A stretch of DNA of 64,000 nucleotides from Antedon mediterranea. Taxonomy: Eukaryota; Animalia; Echinodermata. Location: the NCBI RefSeq assembly GCF_964355755.1, contig NC_092671.1, forward strand, positions 32,560,304 through 32,624,303, given 5' to 3'. This document shows positions 52,713-64,000 of this stretch, one piece after another. Under the pieces are notes generated by a model. It worked only from the letters and a program-made list of their open reading frames with translations, had not been told where the DNA came from and did no database searches. A program made the translations under genes and the position numbers. The stretch's first letter is position 1. Each line of letters starts with the position of its first letter.

Positions 52713-55639
52713 TATTTAAATTTTCGATTCATTTTAATGTTTTGTCGTTACGTATAAAATAGTTTAACATTTTGGCGGTACTTCCTTGGTCATACGATCT
52801 AATTTAGATAGATTATATGAGCTCTGTTGATTACATTCATTTCCACGTTTTTGTCTATGTTTGATTTGCGAATACTTGGCGTGTTTTTCACTATAATATA
52901 GTATTAAACATTTTGAATGGCGCAGGCGCAACTTTCAGAAACGTAAATGAAATTTACTAACAATGTATATGCATGTATTATGATCTCCAGTATTAAATAT
53001 TAGACATCAAAAGTGCTTAGTATTTTGCCGTTATTTTGTGTTTGTTTTTTTGCCACGAAGTAAAGACTGTGTGAGTTATATAAAAACTAATAATATTGAT
53101 TCCTTTTTTCTGAGATAGAACAAATTAAATTAGCCTCGATGCTACAGAAAGATTTCTGAAACATTTAGGCCTATGAAAAATGCATTTAATGTAATGTAAA
53201 GAAAGCAATACATATATTGAAGAGCATTCACTTAAAAATAAATACTATGGACCTATTGCAATAATGTGTTCGTCTTCAAATGGTTAAAATGTGAAATTCT
53301 GTTAAATTAAAAAAATACCAGCATGCATCACACACGGATTGATAATAATGCTCGTTTTGCTTCTGTGACTTTGGCACTATAGAATCAATTGTAAATAAAA
53401 AAAATGAAAGAACCGTCAGAATTTTGGCAAGAATACCGGGTGTTTTCCCATTTATATGAACGGATTCTTCCAAAGAAAAAGAAAGAAAAGTAATTAAGCA
53501 ACGAGACAACGCCAGGCTAGGCATTGAGTACGGCAGGGTACGATGTTATTGTTTCATTGTTTTTCATATTAAAAACAAAATCACAAATAACCATAGAAGG
53601 TATCTTAAAACAAGGAATGACCTCGTTTAGTGTGTTTAAAATGATATACCAGTATATGTATTGCTTTTTTTAAACGTCAACAATTACAGCGATAGTGTCT
53701 TTAAAGATATTATTGTATCCGAGAAAAATTAATTAAACCATTTTTTTTTTTGTGTTTGTAAATGGGCCATTCAAATGTCATATGATTAACATTGACCAAA
53801 CTTTGGTTGTAAAAACATATTTTCCTATCTCATAAAACGTATTTAAAAGGGAAAAAGTCAATCGAAGTCAATTGTATTGTTGAATTTTATTGTTTAATTA
53901 TTTTCTTTTTAAGCAAGATAATCTTGGGTAATTTTTTTTACAAACTTGAATAATTCTACAAACTGCAAGATAGTCTATACGAAGTTTGATTTTATTCATC
54001 TTTGTTTTCAGGAGAATATATATCTTTGACGAGAAATCTTTGGATAAATCCAAACATGTTACCATTTCATATACATTACCTATAAACATATTGCACAGAA
54101 ACATTATGTACAGTACATAAAAAGGGAAATGCATAAAGATTTTCGTATACAATATTTATATTTATATTGAGATTTCAAAGCTTGGTTCCCACAACGTTGT
54201 ATGACTTTAGAAAGCGTAAACAATATATACTGGAACAATCTTAACACCGCCTAACACTAACATTATATAGAGGGCGCTAAATAACAACATAACGCATTGA
54301 CTGTAAAAAGGTAGTTAATTCATATCAAAAACAAATATTTAGGAGGTCAGACAGTCTACTGACAGCAACATGCCCATACCATAGTATCTAACTCCTAATA
54401 TTAAAGTAACCCTATAAATATCAACAGTCCATAACGTCGGTATTTAGTTATTTAGCCCGGTAACCTAGTTTCACAGTTACCGCTTTTGGCGGGTAGGAGC
54501 CATTACCTCCCAACTCTACCGATAATAGTTGGAATTTCCAGATATTTCGAGCTAAATTTTACATAATCCCATTATTATCGCTCCGTAACATCTTTATAAT
54601 CAATCCATCGATGTTTAATAACCGCATTTGGCATTCCTCACTATACTCATATTTACTATTTATAGATACCAGTATCTTTAGGTTTTTTATAGCGCCCCCT
54701 ATGGTTTAATGTGTTATAGCGTCATCTATAGTTTCATAAATCTCCCAAATTGAGAGGTATGCATCACCTGGGTAAATAACTAAGCCCGAATGGGCCCAAA
54801 TTAGGCTCAAGGAAGCCATTTTAACGATCCTATAAACCTTTGTGAAACCACCAATATTTTAAAAAGTGGGGTTGTGGAGAACCATTTCTAGGTGAATAAG
54901 CATTATTACAAATAATTAATAAAAAATACATAATGATTTTGCTTATAAAAAGACCAGATAAACAGTTAAAATTTAACTGTTCATCTAGTCTATTTGTTAA
55001 TTTAACCCCCCAAAAAACCCATTGGCTCCATAATTTGGCTTCCGGTTGACTTTGTTTTTTTTTTAATTACGGTGCAAACATATTTTTTACACCAAATTTT
55101 TGGTGAAAGTAAATAGCTAGAATGTTTAATGTGTTAATTATTCTTTTCAGCGGAACAATATTAATACTCAACAATACAGTTGTAATTTAAAGATATATTT
55201 TCTACTTTTACTTGACATTTTTGTACTTATTATAATGTATTTTTGTTATTATTAAGTAGGAAAAGATATAAACATATTACTTACATTCTATAATGTAACT
55301 ATGTCTTTGTGACGTCGACCTATAAACAAATCGGAAGCTCAATATTTAGACTAACGTAGATAGTATAATTATTCTTATGTTAATTGTATAATTATGTCTT
55401 ACACTAGGTAACTAGGCCACTTACCAATTAAAAGGAATTATAATATTATATGTAACATATGAAATAATAGATTACGTATAAATAAGAATGTTTTATCTAT
55501 TCTCTGTTTTACAGGTCAGTAAAGACAATTTTATAAAACATTTGTGATCAATAAGTAAAACTGTGAACTCTGATGATAACGCAGAATCACACAATGTGAT
55601 GTGCGCATTTTACATCAAACGTGTTTATAAAAGTCGATA

Positions 55640-56445
55640 TTTTTATTATTTTTTCAAAAAAATCCATGTACTATAGTATAGGGATTTTTCCGACAATTCA
55701 CCTAAATTCGACCATTATGTGTTTTGCGCATGTTACCTCAAACATATTTTGAAAAGGCGATATTTTGGTCATTTTCTCCAAAAAATCCCTGTAATATTAT
55801 AGTACAGTGATTTTTCCGAAAAATAAATTTCGACCATTATTTCTGGCATGCTCAGAATTTTATAATGTGTTCTGCGCATGTTAACTCGATACATTTATTC
55901 GTTATTTTGGCCATTTTTCTATTACATGGATTTTTTTCAAAAAATGCCCACATTTTTTACATTTTTTTGGGACAAAACTGCTTATATTACTATGCGTCTA
56001 TAAGATGATGATAATGTAATATATACGCATATATAGCAATATCATTGCTTATTACTTAAATTTTGAAAAGTGCGTATTTTGGAAATTTTTCGAAAAAATT
56101 TGGGATTTTTAAAAAAAATTCCCAAATTGTGACCCTTTTACTTTTTGACAAAACTGGCTGCTTACTATGCGTCTATAGATGATTATAATGCAATATATAC
56201 GCATATATAGCAATATTATTGCATAATAATTGAATTTTGAAAAGTGCTTATTTTGGCAATTTTTCTATAAAAAAAAATCAAAAAATGCCCAACTTTTTAC
56301 CCTTTTATTTTTAGACAAAACTGCTTACCATGCGTCTATAGGATGATTATAATGCAATATATAAGCATATATAGCAATATTGTTGCATAATAATTGAATT
56401 TTGAAAAGTTCGTATTTTGGATATTTTTCGACAAAAATCCTGTAT
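55640..56445. repeat. Degenerate tandem repeat, ~170-180-bp unit; continues at 60125-60295
   Basis: AAAACTGCTTA..ATGCGTCTATAGGATGATTATAATGCAATAT occurs at ~55975, 56151, 56318 and, in the same orientation, at ~60191. Confidence 0.85.
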
Positions 56446-57831
56446 ACTCTAGTAGCTAGATCAACTTTCGTATGCACTTTGAGGTCCAGAGAATTTGACT
56501 TCAGAAATTGGTTTAGGGTGGTCAAACAATCAATTTTGGCTTGGTTACACATTTTGAAAATGTGGCGAAAGGTCAAAAGGTCAGGGTGAAAGGTTATAAC
56601 ACCAAACACCAACATGTCCTTAAATCTAGACAACCACTGGTCACAGCAAGGTAATTTTGGTCTCAAATTGATCAGAAGGTATACATTTATATTCAGTCTA
56701 ATGGGACATTTTAGTAAAAAATGACCGGAAATGCCATTTCTGACCTTTGACCCACAACCCAGGGCATGTTTATGTATCTCCGTAACTACTGGTCGTAGAC
56801 ACTTGAATTTGGTCTTAAACCGTTCGAAATATAGATTTTGTTATTTGTTACACATTTTGAAAAATGTTACAAAAGGTCAAAGAGTCAAGGTCAAGGGTTA
56901 TATGAAGAAATATAAATAGCTACTTGTATCTTGGCAACCACTGGTCGCAGCAAGTCAATGTTGGTCTCAAAATGTTCAGAAGGCATACATTCATATTCAG
57001 TCTAATGGGGCATTTTAGTCAAAAATGATCAGAAATGCCCTTTCTGACCTTTGACCCACATACCAGGGCATCTTCATACCTCTGTAAGTACTGGTCGTAG
57101 AAACTTAAATTTGGTATCAAATTGTTGGAAATATACATATTTACATTCATTCTAACAGAAAATTTGGTGAAAAGATGATCAAAAATACTATTAATTACTA
57201 ATGTTTCAAACAAAAAACATACCTCTACACAACTTATTCTGACAGGGCATCTTCATATCTCTGTAAGTACTGGTTGTAGAAACTTAAATTTGGTATCAAA
57301 TTGTTCGAAATATACATATTTACATTCATTCTAATAGAAAATTTGGTTAAAATATGACCAGAAATACTATTAATTACTAATGTTATTGTTTCAAACGAAT
57401 AACATATCTCTACACAACTTATCCTTGTACAGTAATGTTTTGCAATAACTTATGCTTTAAATTGTTTCATTATACGATTTAAAACAAATCCTTTACTGTT
57501 TGTAATTGTATTTTTGCTTATAATAATGCTAGAAAGTATTTTTGACCCCCGAGGATGATCAAACATTTTGATAGAAACGTCGAGCCCAACAGAATTCTTT
57601 TCAGAATGCTAAAGTAACTTACCGAATTCATCCTAATAAACGCCCCGGGCATTTATTGTTCAGAAGGGATTTTTCGTTTTTTATTGGTGTAATATGGTAT
57701 GTATAATCAAATAAATACTACCTACAGCAGAAAAAAAAAATACAGCACAATTATTATCAAAAAGTGATACAAAAATGCTTGGTAAATTGTAGATTATGGT
57801 AGTCATTGAAATGTGTTGTGATACAATTATT

Positions 57832-57935
57832 AGTCGCATGCAACGCAACTCTACAGCTCACTATGTCGGTCGGTTGGTCGGTAAACACTAACAAAAATTT
57901 GAGCACGCGACTGCAGCCATGTATATGGCCTTGTT
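57832..57935 (+). mobile_element. Short DINE-1/HINE-like (Helentron-associated) element
   Basis: AGTCGCATGC...(GTCG/GTTG)n...GCACGCGACT subterminal IR, 3' hairpin GCCAT..ATGGC, CTTGTT end. Confidence 0.7.
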
Positions 57936-58590
57936 GTGTATATGCTTGTGGCGGGGCGCTTAAATCGAAGGGAGGGGTGAGCGTTTATTTAAAATGTTTC
58001 TGTCTTTTAGAATAAAAGTGACACTGTCACAGGCTCCATTTAACGAATCCTCTCCAGGTGCCATTATATAATGATATAAAACAATGACACATCATTATCC
58101 TGAGACACTATATGAGACACGATTACACAATTTGTCATCTGTTTTGTTTGTAACTACAATTTGTCAACAATCAACACATCTTTTGCATATATGCCAATAC
58201 ATAGTTTCAATATGTCCAGCTTTCCTGATAACACCCTTGTGTACTGTAGTGTATTGTAGTATGATTTTATCATGATTTTAAAATACACTTCTGATGCTTT
58301 TATTGTCAATGCATTTAGTACTTAAAAAATAAAAAAACCTAAGTTTCTAGTGGTATTGATAATAAATCTCCAGAAATATTGTTTTATTATGTACACTGGG
58401 AACAGACGTGTATAAATTATGTATAATTTGTCTGTGACATTCAAAAATATTATACAACAGAATGATGACAATGAATTGGTCTATTATAGTTGTCTCCGAT
58501 ACCTTTTCAATATCATGATTGTACTTGCACCCGGATGAAGGAGGTTTCATCCAGTTATTCTTATTACAATATTAATTGTGTTGTACTTTT

Positions 58591-58696
58591 AGTCGCGTCG
58601 CGACTCTACAGCTCACTATGTCCGTCGGTCGGTTGGTTGGTCGGTCGGTAAACACTCACTTGAGCACGCGACTGCAGCCATCTATATGGCCTTGTT
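58591..58696 (+). mobile_element. Short DINE-1/HINE-like element, second full copy
   Basis: tttt-AGTCGCGT-CGCGACT...(GTCG/GTTG)n...ACGCGACT-GCAGCCATCTATATGGC-CTTGTTTT, with T-rich flanks. Confidence 0.75.
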
Positions 58697-58778
58697 TTAT
58701 ATCTAGGGTGTATTTATTTGATATACATATTTTTACCATATTACACCAAAAACAAAAAAAAACGCCTCCACCGAATAA

Positions 58779-59098
58779 TGCACTTGTCAATTGTATGACC
58801 CACTATACGACCCCCGGGAGAGGTGCGTCATACCTTTGAATACCATGACGCACCGGTGCGTCAAAAATGTGACTTACCTTTAGGTGACCATGACGCACCC
58901 ATTTTGACGCACTGTGACCATGTTGTTTATGATATGATGGGTGGTAAAGTGACGGACATTTACACACCTTGTTCATTGATGTGACGTACCATCTAGGTTT
59001 TTTGACGCACCCCTGCGACAGTAATTATTTGTAAATGACGCACCCATGACGCACCTCTCCCGGGGGTCGTATAGTGGGTCATACAATTGACAAGTGCA
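58779..59098. mobile_element. PIF/Harbinger (Tourist-type) MITE, 320 bp
   Basis: Perfect ~53-bp TIR TGCACTTGTCAATTGTATGACCCACTATACGACCCCCGGGAGAGGTGCGTCAT with TAA TSD (58776-58778 and 59099-59101); internal TGACGCAC repeats. Confidence 0.92.
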
Positions 59099-60798
59099 TA
59101 AACATCACTCCCCCTAAACAATAAATGTCCGGGGCGTCGGATAAATACGGTAAGTTACTTCTAGCATTCTGAAAAGAACTGTTGAGTTCGACGTTTCTAT
59201 CAATGCTTGATCATCCTGGGGGGGGGGGGTCAACAATATTTTCTAGCATTATTATAAGCAAAAGTAAAATTACAAACAGTAAAGGATTTGTTGTAATTCC
59301 TATAATGAAACCATTTAAAGCATCAGTTATTGCATACCATTTATATAAGAATAAGTTGTGTAGAGGTATGTAGTAATTAATAGTATTTCTGATCATCTTT
59401 TCACCAAATTTTCTGTTAGAATGAATGTAAATATGTATATTTCCAACAATTTGATACCAAATTTAAGTTTCTACGACCAGTACTTACAGAGATATTAAGA
59501 TGCCCTGGTATGTGGGTCAAAGGTCAGAAATGGCATTTCTGATCATTTTTCACTAAAATGTCTCATTAGACTGAATATGAATACATGCCTTCTCAACATT
59601 TTGAGACTAAAATTGACTTGCTGCGACCAGTGGTTGCCAAGATACAAGTACCTATTTGTGTTTGTTCATATAACCTTTGACCCTGACCCTTTGACCTTTT
59701 GTAACATTTTTCAAAATGTGCAACAAATAAATAAATGTATATTGCGAACATTTTAGGACCTAATTCAAGTGTCTACGACCAGTACTTACAGAGATACATA
59801 CATGCCCTCTGTAGTGGGTCAAAGGTCAGAAATGGCATTTCCGGTCATTTTTGACTAAATTGTCCCATTAGACTGAATATAAATGTATACCTTCCGATCA
59901 ATTTGAGACCAAAATTACTTTGCTGTGACCAGTGGTTGTCAAGATTTAAGGACCTATTGGTGTTTGGTATTATAACCTTTCACCCTGACCTTTTGACCTT
60001 TCGCCACATTTTCAAAATGTGTAACCAAGCCAAAAATGATTATTTGACCATCCTAAACAAATTTCTGAAGTCAAATTCTCTGGACCTCAAAGTGCATACG
60101 AAAGTTGATCTAGCTACTAGAGTAGTACTATTAGTACAGGGATTTTTTTTTCAAAAAATTCCCAAATTTTGACCCTTTTATTTTTTGACAAAACTGCTTA
60201 TTATGCGTCTATAGGATGATTATAATGCAGCAATATTATTGCATAATAAAAAAGTGCGTATCTTCGTCCTTTTTGACAAAAATCCCTGTACTATAATTGC
60301 GCTACAAATAACCCAATATGTGCTGCAGAATTGGAATAATTAGTTGTTTAATTCATGGCCTATTTTGATCAATCAGAGCACTGAGAGCACTGATGACGTC
60401 ACTACCGTGTTCAAATTGTTGAGCAATCAGAGCACTGGAAAGTGACGTAATTAATATCTGACTTCTTCACACATGTTTCACACATTCACAACAATGATAA
60501 GACATTGTCAACAGACAATATCTTACTTTTTACAAATTATCTCGACTTAGTATTAAATTCATTTGAAAGAGATCTTCTGGTAGTAGCTGTATTCATATCG
60601 AACGTGTATACTTGCATTTAAGGTAGGAGAAGAAGTTTATTTTATGCTAGAAATCAGCATTTAAAGTTTTGAAAATTGCTTGGCCTAGCCAATGCCATGT
60701 TTTATGTATGGAATGTGTGGTAAGCCCCATGCCAGCCCCGCGAAACCAGTTGGCCTGCTCGTATTGTCGTTATATTATGGTAGGCCTTTTCTTAGTAG

Positions 60799-61451
60799 TG
60801 TAACCCAGAAGTTAAGGTCACGCTATAGAGGGCGTTCAGAGAGGGAACCTCGTGGGTTGAAGAGGGAGGTGAGATACATCATGGTGATGTAAGGTTTATA
60901 GTAACCCAATAAAAGAGTACATTTAAAGCGCTGGATGTTGAGATTGTTTATTGACTACTGTTATACTACCACTAATTACGATCACGTCACAGGTTACACT
61001 GGTGCCGCAGACCAGAAGTTTTTTTACCTTCTACCGGAAAAAACAGTCGAATCAAAATGTGTTTACAATGCTGTCATCGGTTTATTATGCTTCGTGCTTG
61101 TATTCGTACGTCACACCAGTCATCAACACGCTCGATCGTCCAGCAGTTTCATTTGTACATTGACTCGTTTGTTCAAGGAACTTTTGTTTGTATTTTCATT
61201 TTGTTTCACAATGGCAACAGGTATTAGGTCAAAGGCAACTTCGCCTAGTAGTAGTACTAAGGTCAATGATGAGGACATTTTTACGCAGACTGCAACCACT
61301 GTTGCTAAATGTTTATGCGATGATTTTATTAAACGGCATGGAGTACCAGTTTCTATTCACACAGACGAAGGTGCTCAATTTGAGTTGAATTTAATGAAAG
61401 AAATGTGCAAGTACTTGGGTATCACAAAAACAAAAACCACACCATACCACC
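60799..61451 (+). mobile_element. Internally deleted LTR retrotransposon remnant (LTR + PBS + integrase fragment), Gypsy-like
   Basis: 200-bp LTR TGTAACC...GGTTACA (60799-60998) containing AATAAA; PBS TGGTGCCG at 61000; integrase core QTATTVAKCLCDDFIKRHGVPVSIHTDEGAQFELNLMKEMCKYLGITKTKTTPYH at 61286-61450. Confidence 0.85.
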
Positions 61452-62167
61452 TAGACAAGTTCTATTTCCTCTGAAATATGATGTAAGAAGCATTTTTGGG
61501 TAGAAGCTGGGATCCACTTGATTTAGGATATTTCGACCTCGCTGATTACGAATATGGCGGATCCCAAGCGAAATTCGGCCATCTAAGCCCTTAATTTGCA
61601 TAATTAAAAATGGCGGCCATTTTTTATAATTACCCTATATCTCGAGAACCACCAGTCACAGATAATTAATTTTGGTTTCAAAATGTTTTAAATATATGTT
61701 TTTATATTCACTTTAATGACACATTTTCTCAAAAAATGGATGCAAGTCTTATTTCTGACATTTTGACCTTTGACCTTGATTTATCGTATCTCAGTAACCA
61801 ATAATCGGAGAGACACGAAATAGGGCTCAAATTGTTCAGAAACTATACATTCTTATTTATTATAATGAAATGTTTTTACAAAAAATGGCCGATTCTACAA
61901 CTATTGACCTTTGAACTATTAGTCAAATATAATAATATAATAATAATATAACTTTGAAAATTGTGGTCTTATGAATTTTTTTTTCTTTTTAAATTGTTTA
62001 AAACATGATGTGTTTCTATCCAGTCTAATGGCACATTTTGTACAAGAATGGCCGATAGTATGGTTATTGACCTTTAAACTACAGCATAGGCCTACTGTAT
62101 ACTGAATATAATATAATTGCATAACTATGAAATTATTTATACACAATAATAATTAGTAAAATTATAA

Positions 62168-62468
62168 AATTCACTGCCATCAAATATGATGTGTTATGAT
62201 TTATATAGATAAAAAAAAAATTGAACACGCAAGTTACATTTGTTGAAATTTGAAATTACCTGCCATCAATATAATGGAGTATGATTATAGATTTTTTTAA
62301 ATGTGAACATGTCAGCTACATTTGGAAATTACCTGCCATCAATATGATGGATTATGATTATAGATTTAAAAAAGAATTTGAACACATAAGCTACATTTGA
62401 AAATTACCTGCCATCAATATGATGGATTATGATTATAGATTTTAAAAAGAATTTGAACACGTCAGCTC
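62168..62468. repeat. ~75-bp tandem repeat x4
   Basis: AATTACCTGCCATCAATATGATGGATTATGATTATAGATTT...TTGAACAC units at ~62168, 62254, 62327 and 62402. Confidence 0.9.
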
Positions 62469-64000
62469 TGGTATGAAAAGTATGTTATTATATGTCAACC
62501 AGAGCTATGCTCACTGAACCGTAAGAACGAGTTAGTCTCTACTTCTTGTAGACATAGGAAAAAATTCTTACTAAGTTGCAGATCCAAACAGTTTATCTAA
62601 AACAATAGGCTATTGTATACGACTTCCTGATGACTCACTTCTATTAAGCACTATGAGACAACTGTGTCACTTATGTTTTATATTTCACCTGAAGAGTGCG
62701 GCCAGCTACATGCTGGTCGTACGAAACAAATCGTCACCGTCACCACGAAGTGACACTAACCTAAAAATCTGTAATTTTTGAAAAATTTTTTTTTTCGATA
62801 TTTTGATTATGTATATCAAACTCTATGTTTTCACAAAATCTAAACTTTCAAATATCATTAATTAACTAATTACATTAATTAGACAATATAAAAAAACACC
62901 ATCATATGGAATTTGCGTTTTCACGAAGTGACACTATTTATTAAATACCCGTATGTGCTGCTTGCCAGCGCCACACGGGTAATGAATTTTGCGCGTTTGT
63001 TTACTGTTTTGGCCTAGCCTACAGCCTAGCTAGGAGGATCTGCTCGCACACTCCAGAACATTGCATTTTATCAAGAAAGACGGTAAGTTAATTAGTTTAT
63101 TTAAAGAATTTTAGTCCGCTCAGATATCCGTCATGTCGAGGCCTATTATATATTTATTTTATAATTTATAAAACAGTAATTTGACACACTTTTAGCCTAG
63201 GCCTAGTACTAGCTAGGCATAATAATAGGTAGGCCTAGGCCTACTTTACTTTTCTGTGACGTTTAGGCATAACTAGCTGGCCCAGATCTAAGTAGGCCTA
63301 ACAAACTAGAGTATGTGTATGCCCAGGGAATAGTAGTAGTAGTACTTAGACTACTACTTGGCTTGATAGAGTAGACTCTCTATTCTAGGCTAAACTACTC
63401 TGCTTGATTTTTAACAATAAGAAATCACTGTTAAAATGTGTTTTTTGTTTTCAGAACAGTTTCAAGAAAATAAGATAAGGGGCAACAATCGAAATTCGAT
63501 CAACAAGCAATCTGTCTACCTCAATTTAAGGGAGAAGGTATCAAGTCCAAGGTTTAAAAAGGGGAGGTGTAGGCAGCCTGTAGCAAGTGTTTATGTTATA
63601 TGAGCATTTTAGAGGATGTGTACATCACAGAACAATGGATTGAATAAATTAAAAAGCATACTGATATAGAAGAAAATAATGTAACGACATTGATTAAGTA
63701 TTTAATGATTTATAACAATAGAGAATTATCTTCGATATAAATTAATACGGGCATAAGTATTGTATTACTGAATTATTAATTGTTCAATGTTAAAAAAATA
63801 ACTAATAAATATTTATTATAATATGGAAAAAAAAATATGAATATGTACATTATGCTTACTGTACATTCCAGATAGGCCTATTTATATGTCTATGTAATTT
63901 GTAGTTTTTATTAAAAGTGTTAAAGTAGGTCAACCTTTGTTTTTAGATTTATTTGATGTGGTTGTTTCATTTATAAATAACCTAACCCTGTCTACACTAC

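Larger units (their letters stand above)
56447..60122. mobile_element. Foldback element (3676 bp) with ~1.0-1.2-kb inverted arms and TA TSD
   Basis: ta|CTCTAGTAGCTAGATCAACTTTCGTATGCAC ... GTGCATACGAAAGTTGATCTAGCTACTAGAG|ta. Arms 56447-57655 and 59122-60122; the ORF-track peptides 56325..56666(-) and 59903..60172(+) are mirror copies. Confidence 0.9.

Noticed and set aside
53701-54800. Further MITE-like fragments (TTAAAGATATTATTGT end; AGAGGGCGCTA words; IR at ~54437-54790)
   Set aside because: Too degenerate to define boundaries or TSDs by eye.
56325-60172. Duplicated gene pair MRPKL.CCDQWLSRFKD (56325..56666 -, 59903..60172 +)
   Set aside because: They are mirror translations of the foldback arms with non-ATG starts and no protein-like features.

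Overview
Eukaryotic (metazoan) genomic DNA spanning the edge of a 45S rDNA locus and AT-rich, transposon-rich flanking sequence; a non-vertebrate deuterostome such as an echinoderm is my inference, not confirmed. Bases 1-5.9 kb hold a minus-strand rDNA unit (5'ETS, 18S, ITS1, 5.8S, ITS2, 28S running off the window). It is preceded by a likely Pol I start motif and five spacer subrepeats separated by CCTAG/CCGGG pentamer tracts. At 7.75-8.35 kb is a patchwork junction: poly(A), an exact 42-bp copy of the 28S segment ending at the R2 retrotransposon target site, a 9-mer array, and an orphan 28S 3' end. The main protein-coding gene is missed by the ORF track. It is a spliced Ly6/uPAR (three-finger) GPI-anchor-type gene on +, with exons 50060-50179 and 50963-51207 and a probable signal-peptide exon at 16344-16431, implying a ~33.6-kb first intron. 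The rest is many TIR elements/MITEs, two decayed Gypsy LTR elements, Penelope-like fragments with hammerhead-like motifs, a 5S-derived SINE split by a TTAA-targeting element, and a 3.7-kb foldback element. All calls were made by eye without database searches.
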